Shown here piece by piece: positions 17,404-29,693 of a DNA stretch of 64,000 bases. The translations under genes were made by a program, and so were the position numbers. The notes beneath the pieces are model-generated. The model searched no databases, was not told where the DNA came from, and saw only the letters and a program-made list of their open reading frames with translations. This DNA is from an uncultured Alphaproteobacteria bacterium. Its GTDB lineage: Bacteria > Pseudomonadota > Alphaproteobacteria > CAVTAV01. How positions within the stretch are numbered: position 1 is the stretch's first letter; every line of letters begins with the position of its first letter. The DNA is taken from the NCBI GenBank assembly GCA_963821875.1, contig CAWGFE010000002.1:330387-394386 (forward strand). Reading direction: 5' to 3'.

Positions 17404-19998
17404 TCAGAGCTCGCGGGCGACCTCGGTGCGCTCGAACACCTCGATCACGTCACCAACCTTGATGTCCTGGTAGTTCTCGATCGCGATACCGCATTCGGTA
17501 CCGGCCTGAACCTCGCGGACCTCGTCCTTGAAGCGCCGGAGAGAGCTCAGCGCGCCCTGATGCACCACCACGCTGTCGCGCAACAGACTTACCATCGCAC
17601 CGCGCCGGACCACACCGTCGGTGACCAGGCAACCGGCCACCTTGCCGGCCTTGGATACGGAGAAGACCTCGCGGACCTCTGCCTGGCCGATCGTGGTGTC
17701 CCGCACTTCCGGCGCCAGCATGCCGGAGAGAACCTTCTTCAGATCGTCGACGAGATCGTAGATCACCGAGTAATAGCGGATCTCGATGCCCTCGGCCTCG
17801 GCAAGCTGCTCGGCCTGACGCGTCGCGCGGACATTGAAGCCGATGATCGGCGCCGAAGAGGCCTTGGCGAGCGTCACGTCGCTCTCGGAAATCGCGCCGA
17901 CGCCCGAATGCATGATCCGGACGGCGACTTCTTCCGTGCCAAGCCCATGCAAGGCGCCGACGATCGCTTCGGCCGAGCCCTGCACATCCGACTTGATCAC
18001 GACGGGCAGTTCCTTGACCTGCTTCTTGTTGATCTCGGAGAAGATGGTCTCGAGCGAGACCGGCGCGCCGGCGGTCCGGGAATTGCGCTCGCGGCGCTGG
18101 CGGAACGCGGTGATTTCACGCGCCCGCGCCTCGTTCGGCACCACGGCGAATTCATCGCCCGCATCGGGCGTTCCCGACAGGCCGAGAATCTCGACCGGCT
18201 TGGACGGCCCGGCTTCCTCGACCTGGTTGCCGCGGTCGTCGAGCAGCGCGCGGACACGGCCCCAATGGGCCCCAGCGACGACCACGTCGCCGACTTTGAG
18301 CGTGCCGCGCTGAACCAGCACGGTGGCGACCGGGCCACGACCGCGGTCCAGCTTGGACTCGACGATCGCACCTTCCGCCGGACGGTCCGGATTGGCCTTG
18401 AGCTCCAGGACTTCCGCCTGAAGCAGGATTGCTTCCTCGAGCTTGTCGAGATTGGTCCGGTTGATCGCCGACACCTCGACATTCAGCACATCGCCGCCCA
18501 TCTGCTCGCAGATGACCTCGTGCTGAAGCAGCTCGGTCCGGATCCGGTCCGGATTGGCGCCCGGCTTGTCCATCTTGTTGATCGCCACGATCATCGGCAC
18601 GCCGGCCGCCTTGGCGTGATTAATCGCCTCGACCGTCTGGGGCATGATGCCGTCATCCGCCGCCACGACCAGCACGACGATATCGGTGACCTGAGCGCCG
18701 CGCGACCGCATGGCGGTGAACGCCTCGTGGCCCGGCGTATCGAGGAAAGTGATCTTCTGGCCCGATTGCAGCATGATCTGATAGGCGCCGATATGCTGCG
18801 TGATACCGCCCGCTTCGCCGGCGGCCACATCGGTGGAGCGGAGCGCATCAAGCAGCGAGGTCTTGCCGTGATCGACATGGCCCATGACCGTGACGACCGG
18901 CGAGCGCGGATCGAGATCCTCGGGCGCGTCGTCCTCACCCTTGAGGCCGATTTCGACGTCGGCTTCGCTGACCCGCTTCGGCGTATGGCCGAACTCGCTC
19001 ACGATGAGCTCTGCGGTATCGGCGTCCAGCGCCTGATTGATGGTCGCCATGATGTCCATCTTCATCAGCATCTTGATGACATCGACGGCGCGCTCGGCCA
19101 TCCGGTTGGCGAGTTCCTGGACGGTAATCGACTCCGGAATAACGACTTCACGAAACACCTTGGACGGGGCCTCCGAACTTGCGCGCATATGACGCTTCTC
19201 GCGTTCCCGCGCGCGGCGGAACGAGGCAAGACTGCGCTGGCGCTCGTCGTCGCCCGACAAGGCCTTGGTGACGGTGAGGCGGCCCCGGCGGCGCGGCTCC
19301 TGACGCGGCGCGGCTTTCGGTGCGACCTTACCGCCCCGCTTGCGCTTGGCTTCGGCCTCCTCTTCCTCCTCGACCAGACGGCGGGCGCGCGCCGGCCCTT
19401 CCTCGGCCTTGGCCTCGGCCGGCTTCGCGGGGGCCTCGCCCTCGATTTTGGGTTTTTCGATCCTGCGGTCGGCCTCTTCGGCGGCCTTGCGGCGCGCGTC
19501 ATCATCCGACTTCTTGCGCGCTTCCTCGTCCTCCCGACGCTTCTCGGCGGCGTCCCGCTCGACCTTGAGCCGGGCGTCCTCGACAGCGCGGCGCTCGGCT
19601 TCGACCTTGGCCTGCTTGCGGGCTTCTTCGGCGGCCTTGCGAGCATCGCCGAGCGCCCGGGCGCGCGACGCCTTTTCCTCGGCCGTCAGGCTCTTCAGGA
19701 TCACGCGGCCGCGACCGCCGCCCTGCTCCTCCTGCTGAGCTTCCTGTTCGACAGGCGCCTGGGGGGCTTCCTTGACCTCTTCCTCGGGCTCGGGCGTGGC
19801 ACGGGCGGTCTCCTCCGCCGCGGCGCTCGTATCGCGCGGCAGGATGCGCTTGCGTTTGCGCTCCACGACCACAGGCTTCGACCGGCCATGGGAGAAGCTC
19901 TGACGCACTTGTCCGGTATCGACCGTGCGCCGCAGTGAAAGCGTGCTTCGGCCGGACAGGCTGAGCTTCTGGTCTCGTTTGTCTTCCGCGTCACTCAT
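17404..19998 (-). CDS. infB: Translation initiation factor IF-2
   Basis: ATG at 19998 (MSDAEDKRD...) with GGAAGGA upstream. G-domain motifs ([24 protein letters not shown]). 865 aa. The ORF-track start at 20073 is a spurious extension. Confidence 0.95.
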   Translation of the reverse strand: MSDAEDKRDQKLSLSGRSTLSLRRTVDTGQVRQSFSHGRSKPVVVERKRKRILPRDTSAAAEETARATPEPEEEVKEAPQAPVEQEAQQEEQGGGRGRVILKSLTAEEKASRARALGDARKAAEEARKQAKVEAERRAVEDARLKVERDAAEKRREDEEARKKSDDDARRKAAEEADRRIEKPKIEGEAPAKPAEAKAEEGPARARRLVEEEEEAEAKRKRGGKVAPKAAPRQEPRRRGRLTVTKALSGDDERQRSLASFRRAREREKRHMRASSEAPSKVFREVVIPESITVQELANRMAERAVDVIKMLMKMDIMATINQALDADTAELIVSEFGHTPKRVSEADVEIGLKGEDDAPEDLDPRSPVVTVMGHVDHGKTSLLDALRSTDVAAGEAGGITQHIGAYQIMLQSGQKITFLDTPGHEAFTAMRSRGAQVTDIVVLVVAADDGIMPQTVEAINHAKAAGVPMIVAINKMDKPGANPDRIRTELLQHEVICEQMGGDVLNVEVSAINRTNLDKLEEAILLQAEVLELKANPDRPAEGAIVESKLDRGRGPVATVLVQRGTLKVGDVVVAGAHWGRVRALLDDRGNQVEEAGPSKPVEILGLSGTPDAGDEFAVVPNEARAREITAFRQRRERNSRTAGAPVSLETIFSEINKKQVKELPVVIKSDVQGSAEAIVGALHGLGTEEVAVRIMHSGVGAISESDVTLAKASSAPIIGFNVRATRQAEQLAEAEGIEIRYYSVIYDLVDDLKKVLSGMLAPEVRDTTIGQAEVREVFSVSKAGKVAGCLVTDGVVRRGAMVSLLRDSVVVHQGALSSLRRFKDEVREVQAGTECGIAIENYQDIKVGDVIEVFERTEVAREL

Positions 19999-20629
19999 GA
20001 ACGAGTTGTCCTTCCAAACTTCGGAACCCTTCAAGCCGTCGGACCTCCGTGGTGAACCGATCGGCGAAGCCATCCGAGGTCAGGGCTGCATGTACCACAT
20101 TTTCGCGGCCCAATGCCAAACCCAATTCCCTCGACGTAAATAATTCGACGACCGGCACGCCGGGGCACATGCGCCTCAGCTTTTCACGGCCGTCCGACGC
20201 GCCGTCGCGCGCCGCTATCAGAACGGCGATCTGTTTTGCTTTCGCGGCCCCCGCCACCTTCTCGGCACCCGTAATGAGAGCGCCCGAGCGCCGGGCCAAC
20301 CCCAGCAGATCGAGACATCTTCTGGCAAGAAGCCGTTCGACCTCTTCAGAGAGGTCCGGCGGGACGGTGAGCCCCGCATCGGCGGATGCGCCGGACTTCC
20401 CGGCGCGCGTCTTGGACTCGGGGGTCAGGCCGCGCGCGAAAGCGTGGGCCGCGACCGCCTTGTCGACAAGATTTCTCCGGGCCGAGATCCAGACGCCCCG
20501 GCCGGGAAGATCACCGGCGATATCCGGGACGACCTCCCCCGTGGGCGCGCGCACGAACCGCACCATGGACGCCACCGGTTCGGTGCGTCCTGTCGCAATG
20601 CAGTGGCGTTCGGTTTGCCGCAGACCCAA
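19991..20629 (-). CDS. YlxR/DUF448-type RNA-binding protein with an L7Ae-like C-terminus
   Basis: Sits between nusA and infB as in other bacteria. CxxGR (HCIATGR) motif. Its stop overlaps the infB start as ATGAGTGA. Confidence 0.7.
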   Translation of the reverse strand: MGLRQTERHCIATGRTEPVASMVRFVRAPTGEVVPDIAGDLPGRGVWISARRNLVDKAVAAHAFARGLTPESKTRAGKSGASADAGLTVPPDLSEEVERLLARRCLDLLGLARRSGALITGAEKVAGAAKAKQIAVLIAARDGASDGREKLRRMCPGVPVVELFTSRELGLALGRENVVHAALTSDGFADRFTTEVRRLEGFRSLEGQLVHE

Positions 20630-20649
20630 TAGCCCGTCCCTTCATCGTC

Positions 20650-22230
20650 CTAGCTCGACGTCGCCGGCTCTGACTCGGGCTGTTCGCCTGAGTCGGGCGC
20701 GGGAGCGGCTTCCGCCTCCTCGCCCTCGAACCAGTGAGCGCGGGCCGCCATGATGATGGCGTTGCCCTCTTCGTCGGACAGATCGAAATCCTTCAGAATG
20801 CCGTCGCGCGGATCGACCAGTTCGTCGGTCGCGAGATCGCCGAGATCGTCGAGCGTCTTCACGCCGTTCTCGCCGAGCACGACCAGCATGGCGGGCACCA
20901 GCCCGTCGATCGCCGCGACATCGTCCTCGACGCCGAGCTCCTTGCGCTTGTCTTCCGCCGCCTCTTCGCGCGCCGACAGCACTTCCTGGGCGCGGCGCTG
21001 CAATTCCTCGGCGATCGACTCGTCGAAGCCCTCGATCGAGGCCAGCTCGTCGAGCGGCACGAAGGCGACTTCCTCGACCCGGGTAAAGCCTTCGGCGACA
21101 AGAAGCTGCGCGATCATTTCCTCGACATCGAGCTCCTCGACGAACAGCGTGGTGCGCTGCTTGAACTCGTCCTGACGGCGCTGGGATTCCTCCGCCTCGG
21201 TCAGGATATCGATGGTCCAGCCGGTCAGCTGGGACGCCAGCCGGACATTCTGGCCACGCCGGCCGATCGCCAGGCTGAGCTGATCGTCGGGCACCACGAC
21301 CTCGATGCGCTGGGTTTCCTCGTCGAGCACCACCTTGACCACTTCGGCCGGGGCCAGCGCATTGACGATGAAGGTCGCCGGATCCGGGCTCCACTGGATG
21401 ATATCGATCTTCTCGCCCTGCAGCTCGTTCACCACCGCCTGGACGCGGCTGCCGCGCATGCCGACGCAGGCGCCGACCGGATCGATGCTGGAATCGTTCG
21501 ACAGCACGGCGATCTTGGCGCGGCTGCCCGGATCGCGCGCCACCGCCTTGATCTCGATGATGCCGTCATAGATCTCCGGCACTTCCTGGGCGAACAGCTT
21601 CGCCATGAATTGCGGATGGGTGCGCGAGAGGAAGATCTGCGGGCCGCGCTGCTCGCGGCGCACATCGTAGATATAGGCGCGCACGCGGTCGCCATTCCGC
21701 AAAGTCTCGCGCGGCACGATCTCGTCGCGCCGGATGATCGCCTCGGCGCGGCCGAGATCCACCATCGCATTGCCGTATTCGACCCGCTTGACGATTCCGT
21801 TCACGATCTCGCCGATGCGGTTCTTGTATTCCTGATACTGCTGCTCGCGCTCGGCGTCGCGCACCTTCTGCACGATCACCTGCTTCGCGGTCTGGCTGGA
21901 AATCCGGCCATATTCGAACGGCGGCAGGGACTCCGAGAGAAAATCGCCGACCTGCGCGTCCGGGTTCCGCTGGCGCGCCTCTTCCAGCGAAATATGCGTC
22001 GATGGATTTTCCACCTGCTCGACCACTTCGAGAAGCCGGGCCAGCGCGATCTCGCCGGTGCCGCGGTTGATCTCCGCGCGGATCTCGTTCTCGCTGCCGT
22101 AGCGCGAGCGGGCCGCCTTCTGGATGGCTTCTTCCATCGCCTCGAAAACGACTTCCTTGTCGATGGACTTTTCGCGCGCGACGGCGTCGGCAATCTGCAA
22201 AAGTTCGAGTCTGTTGGCGCTTACTGCCAT
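20650..22230 (-). CDS. nusA: Transcription termination/antitermination factor NusA
   Basis: 526 aa. S1, KH and two acidic C-terminal HhH repeats. Confidence 0.95.
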   Translation of the reverse strand: MAVSANRLELLQIADAVAREKSIDKEVVFEAMEEAIQKAARSRYGSENEIRAEINRGTGEIALARLLEVVEQVENPSTHISLEEARQRNPDAQVGDFLSESLPPFEYGRISSQTAKQVIVQKVRDAEREQQYQEYKNRIGEIVNGIVKRVEYGNAMVDLGRAEAIIRRDEIVPRETLRNGDRVRAYIYDVRREQRGPQIFLSRTHPQFMAKLFAQEVPEIYDGIIEIKAVARDPGSRAKIAVLSNDSSIDPVGACVGMRGSRVQAVVNELQGEKIDIIQWSPDPATFIVNALAPAEVVKVVLDEETQRIEVVVPDDQLSLAIGRRGQNVRLASQLTGWTIDILTEAEESQRRQDEFKQRTTLFVEELDVEEMIAQLLVAEGFTRVEEVAFVPLDELASIEGFDESIAEELQRRAQEVLSAREEAAEDKRKELGVEDDVAAIDGLVPAMLVVLGENGVKTLDDLGDLATDELVDPRDGILKDFDLSDEEGNAIIMAARAHWFEGEEAEAAPAPDSGEQPESEPATSS

Positions 22231-22300
22231 TGCTTCATCTCTCTGAATTGTCCGCCCGCGGCGTCCGCCCGGGCGCGATATTTGTTCTCCGTCGGGCTGC

Positions 22301-22789
22301 TCAGCCCTGTTCTTTCAACATCTCGTCCGTAATCACCAGCTTCGCCAACTCGATATCGCCGAAATCGATCCTGATCTCGCCCTCGTCGGTCGCGAGCCGG
22401 ACCGTCTCGCCTTCGGCCCCGAGAACGGTCCCGCGAAACCGGCGGCGTCCCGAAATCTGTCTCGCCGTCTTGACGGTCGCAAGAAGGCCGGCGAACCGGG
22501 TGTAGTCATCGAGCCGTGTCAGCGGCCGGTCGAGACCGGGCGAACTGACCTCGAGCAGATACTGCCCGCTGATCGGATCCTCGACATCGAGGATCGCCGA
22601 CACGGTCTCGCTCAGGGTCTCGCAATCGTCTATCGTCATCGACCCGTCCTCGCGCTCGGCCATGATCTCGAGGCGTCGCGGCGACCCGTCCAGCAGGCGC
22701 GTCCGGACCAGCCGGAAACCCAGCGCCTCAACCGACGGCTCGATCAATTTATGTACGGCGGTCGCGGAGTCGCGTGGCGTTTGCGTCAT
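22301..22789 (-). CDS. rimP: Ribosome maturation factor RimP
   Basis: 162 aa, ...YLLEVSSPGLDRPL... motif. Confidence 0.9.
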   Translation of the reverse strand: MTQTPRDSATAVHKLIEPSVEALGFRLVRTRLLDGSPRRLEIMAEREDGSMTIDDCETLSETVSAILDVEDPISGQYLLEVSSPGLDRPLTRLDDYTRFAGLLATVKTARQISGRRRFRGTVLGAEGETVRLATDEGEIRIDFGDIELAKLVITDEMLKEQG

Positions 22790-22846
22790 ACCGGATCAGA
22801 CAAAAGTCGACTGCGTCAGCCGATCTTGGTTTTTCAAGCCGCACCA

Positions 22847-22875
22847 ATAAAAAAGTGGGCCGGTTGGGGCCCACT
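22847..22875 (-). terminator. Rho-independent terminator downstream of trmB. On the minus strand: agtgggcc-ccaacc-ggcccact followed by TTTTTTATT.
   Basis: Seen directly in the sequence. An 8-bp GC-rich stem is followed by a U-tract about 70 nt after the trmB stop. It lies just upstream of the rimP-nusA-infB promoter region. Confidence 0.65.
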
Positions 22876-22942
22876 CTTGATGAGTGCTTGTTTGTTGTTC
22901 TGCATATAGCACCGCCCCCGGGAAGCTTCAAGAGGCAAGGAC

Positions 22943-23666
22943 TTAGGCCCGTCGATATCTGAGATAGGCGGGAGTCCGTCCCTCGCGGATCGCTTTCGCC
23001 TCGTAGCGCGTTCCGGGCCAATCTCCGGGCGGCTCGCGCCAGTCTCGCGGCCCGTCCGCGAGCCAGACGAAATCGGACCGCGAAGCCAGGCGCTCGACGG
23101 CCCAGGCGAGATAGACCGGGTGGTCGGTGGCGACAAAAAGCTCCGCGCCCGGCTTCATCACCCGATACAGCCGGTCGAGATTTTCATGGGACAGAAAGCG
23201 ACGCTTTTCGTGGCGCGCCTTGGGCCAGGGATCGGGATAGAGAAGGAACACCCGACCAAGCGAGGCCTCGGGCAGTGCATCGAGCAGGACCGCTGCGTCA
23301 TCCTGAAAGATCCGGACATTACGAAGTCCGCGGTCACTGATGTGCTTCAGGAGCCCGGCGATGCCGGCCAGGAAGTGCTCGGCGCCGATGAAACCGATAT
23401 CCGGGTTCCCGGCGGCGCGGGCGGCCAGATGCTCCCCCGCCCCGAAGCCGATCTCCAACCAGTTGTCTTTGACCGGGCCCTCGAACAGCGTCGCGGGATC
23501 TATCGGTTCGACCCCCGCCTCCGTTTCACGCACCTCGATGCGCAACTCAGGCAGCACATCTTCCAGGAGCGCCTTGCGGCCCTTGCGCAAAATACGGCCG
23601 CGCCGCCGCCCATACAGGCGACGGCGCTTGATGCCGCTAGACGTTTCTTGGGTCGATTGAGCCGTC

Positions 23667-23689
<23 letters not shown>
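22943..23689 (-). CDS. trmB: tRNA (guanine46-N7)-methyltransferase
   Basis: SAM-MTase and TrmB motifs ([18 protein letters not shown]). The start ATG at 23689 (MPSKTHSE...) overlaps the metK 3' end by 23 nt. A start at 23773 is also possible. Confidence 0.8.
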
Positions 23690-24830
<1,141 letters not shown>

Positions 24831-25056
24831 TGTCGTGCTCTCCCCTATATGGAAACAGACTTGACCGCTCCCTGAAGTGGTGCACTCCGGGAGCCATGCC
24901 TTCTAAATTTCAGAATTCGGGACCGACTGTCCGCCCCCGCGACTCTATTGCTCGCCTTATATCAACGAGAGCGTTGATCTTACAAGCATAAAGATATCCT
25001 TATATGATTATCGCCGCGGACGCGGTCTGACGGCCCGCCGGCGCGCCCCGTCAGCG

Positions 25057-26208
25057 TCAGGAATCAGCCGGCACGGGAAAGGGTTCGGGCTTGACGCCCG
25101 GCGTTTCGGGCGTCTCGGGAAGAAACTCGACATAGATCGATTGGCTCGGGAACGCGAAGCCCGTGCCCGCCTCCTCGACGATGCGTTTGATCTCCAGCGC
25201 GAGCTTTTCCTTGATCTCCAGCCACTCGCCCCAGACCGTCGTACGGGTAAAGCAGTAGAGCAGGATATCGATCGAGGAAGACGAGAATTTGTCGATGCGC
25301 ACGAAAGTTGCCGCCTCGTCGGGCCCGACGAAATCCTCACTCGCGAACAGATAGGCCGCGATTTCGTCGCGAACCTGACGCAACTGGTCGATCGTGGTGC
25401 GATATTCCAGCCCGATGACCCAATAGATCCGGCGATGGGTCATATGGGAGAAGTTGGTGACCGCGTTGTCGGACAGCCTGGAATTCGGCACGAAAACCGG
25501 CGCCTTGTCGAAACGGCGGATCCGCGTGGTCCTGAACCCGATGAACTCGACGGTGCCTTCGACCACCCCGTCCACCGCGATCCAGTCGCCCTGGTGGAAT
25601 CGGCGCTCGCCGATGACGAAAAGCCCGGCGATCAAATTCTTGAACAGGTCCTGGGCGCCGAGCGCGACGGCGACGCCGAACAGGCCGAGGCCCGCAATCA
25701 GCGGTCCGACCTGAATGCCCCAGATCTGGAGAATGACCGCGCCGCCGATCAGGATGAGGCCGATCTTGAACGCCTTGATGATCCACTGGACCATGCTCGG
25801 CGTGAGCAGTTCCTCGAGCCGGGCCGCTATCCGCGACAGGGGCGAGACCATCTGGTGCAGACCCCAGAAGATCGTGAACGCGACCAGGGAGCGGTTGATC
25901 TGCGCGATGAAGACCGCAAACGGCTCGGCGGGATGGAGATAGGCGGTGGCGAAGAAGAAGCCCATCACCAGCGGAATGAAGGCGACGGGCGGTTCGAGCG
26001 ACGACACGATCTCATCGTCCAGCTTGTTTTGCGTCCTGGCGGTCCAGACGCTCAGGCGTTTGAGCAGAAAACGCGCGAACAGCCGGCGGAAAACCATAAA
26101 GGCGACGAAGATCGCGAGCGCGATCAGAATGTCGCCGATATTCACGCCGAGCAGACCGTGCTGCCAGACGGAGACGACCAGATTCCAGAAATCGTCGAGA
26201 TTTTTCAT
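25057..26208 (-). CDS. Mechanosensitive ion channel family protein (MscS-like)
   Basis: 383 aa. Three N-terminal TM helices followed by the MscS beta-domain. Confidence 0.85.
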   Translation of the reverse strand: MKNLDDFWNLVVSVWQHGLLGVNIGDILIALAIFVAFMVFRRLFARFLLKRLSVWTARTQNKLDDEIVSSLEPPVAFIPLVMGFFFATAYLHPAEPFAVFIAQINRSLVAFTIFWGLHQMVSPLSRIAARLEELLTPSMVQWIIKAFKIGLILIGGAVILQIWGIQVGPLIAGLGLFGVAVALGAQDLFKNLIAGLFVIGERRFHQGDWIAVDGVVEGTVEFIGFRTTRIRRFDKAPVFVPNSRLSDNAVTNFSHMTHRRIYWVIGLEYRTTIDQLRQVRDEIAAYLFASEDFVGPDEAATFVRIDKFSSSSIDILLYCFTRTTVWGEWLEIKEKLALEIKRIVEEAGTGFAFPSQSIYVEFLPETPETPGVKPEPFPVPADS

Positions 26209-26384
26209 GCGCTATGAAGGCCGAGCCACCGTTGCGTGGTGTCGCCGGAACCATAGCAAACTCAGAGGGAAGGTCCAGCTTTCCCGTTGCGCCGGCCGAA
26301 CCGGGCAACGGGAGATCTGCCGCCGCGATATCGATGCCCCGCAGGGCGACCGATCATCACGGCTCCGACGGGTTGGAACTGGGA

Positions 26385-26816
26385 CTACTCGTCGCTGCTG
26401 GGCGGGGTACGGCGCCGGGTGGTGCCACCGATGGCCTTGACGAGCTCGAAGACCCGCTTGCGGGTCAGCGGATCGGAAATCCGGTAATAGGCGCGCACCA
26501 GTTCGAGCGTCTCGCGCCGGGACAACTGATCGGATTCGAAGGGCTGCTGCTCGCCCTCGCCCATGCCCGCCCCCGAGGTGGCGACGGAATCGGACATGTC
26601 GTCAAAGAAGAAGGAAACTGGCACGTCCAGGATCTGGCTCAGCTTGTACAGCCGGCTCGATCCGATGCGGTTCGCGCCGCGTTCATATTTCTGGACCTGC
26701 TGAAAGGTCAGGCCCAGCGCGTCGCCGAGCTTCTCCTGGCTCATGCCCAGAAGGGTCCGGCGCAACCGCACGCGGCTACCGACATGTATGTCGACTGGAT
26801 TTGGCTTTGATGTCAC
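26385..26816 (-). CDS. XRE-family (Cro/CI-type HTH) transcriptional regulator
   Basis: HTH LRRTLLGMSQEKLGDALGLTFQQVQKYERGANR. The start is taken as GTG 26816 (MTSKPNPVDIHVG...). The ORF-track GTG at 26882 lacks an RBS. Confidence 0.6.
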   Translation of the reverse strand: MTSKPNPVDIHVGSRVRLRRTLLGMSQEKLGDALGLTFQQVQKYERGANRIGSSRLYKLSQILDVPVSFFFDDMSDSVATSGAGMGEGEQQPFESDQLSRRETLELVRAYYRISDPLTRKRVFELVKAIGGTTRRRTPPSSDE

Positions 26817-27050
26817 TTTCCCACAACTCCAAGGTTTATGTTTGTCAGGTCTTTTAAGGCGCCACCCGAGTAAGTCGCCCACAAATTGAAATTGTGCGCG
26901 ACCAACACGCCAATATATTTACTCACGGAAATGTGAATGACCCTCTCGTAGCGAATAAATTTCTGGTCGTCAATTGAATGGAAATCTCATCTTTTGGAAT
27001 GCATCGTCAACATTTTGGATAGGCTATTAGAATTAATTTCTGCGACTATT

Positions 27051-28616
27051 TCATTTTCTACTTCTTGATTTATCTATGAAAAGTGGAATGCCGAGACTCG
27101 CAACCACCATTGCGAGGGCGAGCCAGTTGCCCACAATCGAGAATAAAGTTCGCCCTTTGATTGCCTGCGGCAAATTGCCGTCGATCACCCCGGCGACATC
27201 GAGCGGAAGCTCGCGGCGCACCCGGCCATAGGAATCGACGATCGCGGATATGCCGGTCACGGCGGCGCGGACCACCGGCACGCCTTCCTCGATGGCGCGC
27301 ATCCGCACCATGGCGAAATGCTGGCGCGGACCGTTGCTGTCGCCGAACCAGGCGTCGTTGGTGATATTCAGCAGCCAGGCGGGGTGATGGGATTCGTCGG
27401 CCACCTGGCCCGGGAAAATCGCTTCGTAGCAAATCAGCGGCGAGAACGGCGGCAAGCCCGGCACGTCGATCGTCTTGACGCCCGACCCGGCCAGGAAGTC
27501 GCCGTCGCCGACTTCGACCAGCTTGGCAATTCCCAGCGGCGCGAGAAGCCAGCGCAGCGGCAGGTATTCGCCGAACGGCACCAGATGATGCTTGTTATAG
27601 ATGTCGAGCGTGCGGCCTTCGTCGTCCAGCACTTCCAGGCTGTTCCAGAAATCGAGCTTGCCGTCCTTCTCGCGGCGGTAGCGCGGCACGCCCAGGATCA
27701 CATGACCGTCGGGCCGCGCCAGACGCCCGATCAGCACCCGGCGTGCGATATCCTGATCGATGAAATACGGGATCGCGGATTCCGGCCAGATGATCGTCAC
27801 GTCGCCGTCCGACACATCCTCGTCGCTCATGGTCATGTATTTGACCAGGACGTCCTCCCGCTTCTTCACATCCCATTTCTGGGCCTGCGGAATATTGGCC
27901 TGAACAATTCTCAGATGAACGCCGGGGACCGTTCCGAAGTCGGCGGTCAGCACGCGGTACGCGCCGCCCGCTCCCATGATTACGAGCGCCAGCACACTCA
28001 GGATCACCGGCATCCAGCCGCGCGGTCCAGCAAGCCTCCGCCCGACGAGCGCGGCGGGTGACGCCGCGATCGCCATGGTTACGAAACTGAGGCCGTAGGA
28101 TCCGTACACCGCCGCGCTCTGCGCCATCACGGGCGAGAACGACCAGGCGTCGCCAATCAGGTTCCACGGGAAACCGGTCAGGAGATAGCCGCGGGCCAAT
28201 TCGCCGGCCGTCCAGGCGGCGGCAAAGGTAATGATGCGCCACGGCCCGGGACGCCAGAGCCACCAGGCCAGCACCATGGCCGCGCCCATATAGAGCGCCA
28301 TACCGGCGGGCAAACCCAGCGTGCCGAAAGGGATCGCCCAGGCGAACTCTTTGGCGTCGACCAGAAAGGCGTTTCTCAGCCAGTACAGGCCGACCACCAT
28401 ATAGCCGAAGCCGAACCACCAGCCGAGCGCGAAGGCGCGCTTCCAGCTCTTGGCGCAATCCATCAGAAGAACGAGGATCGGCACCGTCACCAGCAGGATC
28501 GGCACGGCAAAGGTCGGCGCCATTGCGAGAGCCGACAGGGCTCCGGCAATTCCGGCGAGGATCCATCCACGCCAGCTTCTGAGACCGGCGAACACTCTAA
28601 CCTGAGAATCGGTCAT
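27051..28616 (-). CDS. lnt: Apolipoprotein N-acyltransferase
   Basis: 521 aa. N-terminal multi-TM region plus the CN-hydrolase domain (IVQANI...E...K...C triad region, LICYEAIFP). Confidence 0.9.
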   Translation of the reverse strand: MTDSQVRVFAGLRSWRGWILAGIAGALSALAMAPTFAVPILLVTVPILVLLMDCAKSWKRAFALGWWFGFGYMVVGLYWLRNAFLVDAKEFAWAIPFGTLGLPAGMALYMGAAMVLAWWLWRPGPWRIITFAAAWTAGELARGYLLTGFPWNLIGDAWSFSPVMAQSAAVYGSYGLSFVTMAIAASPAALVGRRLAGPRGWMPVILSVLALVIMGAGGAYRVLTADFGTVPGVHLRIVQANIPQAQKWDVKKREDVLVKYMTMSDEDVSDGDVTIIWPESAIPYFIDQDIARRVLIGRLARPDGHVILGVPRYRREKDGKLDFWNSLEVLDDEGRTLDIYNKHHLVPFGEYLPLRWLLAPLGIAKLVEVGDGDFLAGSGVKTIDVPGLPPFSPLICYEAIFPGQVADESHHPAWLLNITNDAWFGDSNGPRQHFAMVRMRAIEEGVPVVRAAVTGISAIVDSYGRVRRELPLDVAGVIDGNLPQAIKGRTLFSIVGNWLALAMVVASLGIPLFIDKSRSRK

Positions 28617-28679
28617 GGCCGACGGATCATAGGGGAATTGACGGCGACCGGAAGGGGCCTGCCGAAAATATTGCGCATG

Positions 28680-29630
28680 TTACGCCTCGGCGGATGGCGG
28701 CGGAGCGAAGCGTATCTTGAGTTTTTTCAACCGGCGCGGGTCGGCGTCCATCACTTCGAATTCGAGACCACCGGGATGGCTGATGACCTCACCCCGTTGC
28801 GGCACCCGGCCGGCGATGGCGACCACCAGTCCGCCGATCGTCTCGATATCTTCGTCGCGCGCCTCTATCAGCACCTTGCGGCCGATCATCTCCTCGAGCG
28901 CCTCGACCGAGCCCCGGGCGTCGGCGTCGATCTCGCCCTCGGCCACCTTGCGCAACGGCTCCGGCTCGATCACGTCATGTTCGTCCTCGATATCGCCGAC
29001 GAACTGCTCGACCAGATCCTCGATCGTCGCCAGCCCGTCGATCCCACCGTATTCGTCGACCACCATCGCCATGTGAATCCGGGTCGCGCGCATCTTGATC
29101 AGGAGGTCGACCACCGGCATGGAGGGCGGCACGAACAGGATGTCGCGCCGCAACGCCTCGATCTTGGGCGGCGGGTGATCCGGCGTCATGTCGGACTGGA
29201 CCTGGAAGACATCCTTGATGTGCAGCATGCCGATCACGCCGTCCAAATTCTTGCGGTAGAGCGGCAGGCGCGAGTGAGCGGCCTCGCCGAACAGCTTCAC
29301 CACGTCGGCGAAGGGCGTACCGACATCGACCGCGATCACGTCGGCGCGCGGCACCATCACGTCGGAGACCGACAGCTCGCGCAGCTTGGCGAGATTCATC
29401 AGCATCAGCCGCTCTTGCGGATTCAGCAGGGCCTCGCTGTCGGAATGCTCCTCGATGACTTCCTGAAGAATGTCGCGCAGCGTCACATCCTCGCTGCGGC
29501 GGAATTTGGTCTTCAGCCAGTCGGTCAGGGCATCGAAAAGATTGGTGTCGCTTTGGCGCTTGTCGCGCGGGCTACTGTCGCCGGGTTCGGCGCCCGGGCT
29601 GGCTGTGTCTGAAGACGACGATTGGGACAT
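28680..29630 (-). CDS. CBS-domain magnesium/cobalt efflux / hemolysin-family protein (CorC/TlyC)
   Basis: A CBS pair plus the CorC_HlyC C-terminal domain. It sits in the conserved ybeY-corC-lnt position. Confidence 0.85.
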   Translation of the reverse strand: MSQSSSSDTASPGAEPGDSSPRDKRQSDTNLFDALTDWLKTKFRRSEDVTLRDILQEVIEEHSDSEALLNPQERLMLMNLAKLRELSVSDVMVPRADVIAVDVGTPFADVVKLFGEAAHSRLPLYRKNLDGVIGMLHIKDVFQVQSDMTPDHPPPKIEALRRDILFVPPSMPVVDLLIKMRATRIHMAMVVDEYGGIDGLATIEDLVEQFVGDIEDEHDVIEPEPLRKVAEGEIDADARGSVEALEEMIGRKVLIEARDEDIETIGGLVVAIAGRVPQRGEVISHPGGLEFEVMDADPRRLKKLKIRFAPPPSAEA

Positions 29631-29693
29631 TGGCTCGACTGTTGGAGTTCGACTGTTGGCTCGATCTTGAACCGGATCTTATGCGCGGTTCGT

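Noticed and set aside
24893-24916. ttctaaatttcagaattc upstream of metK as a second ICE (Irr) box
   Set aside because: The half-sites are everted and mis-spaced (TTCTAAA-t-TTCAGAA) relative to TTTAGAA-N3-TTCTAAA. This is probably chance in an AT-richer leader.
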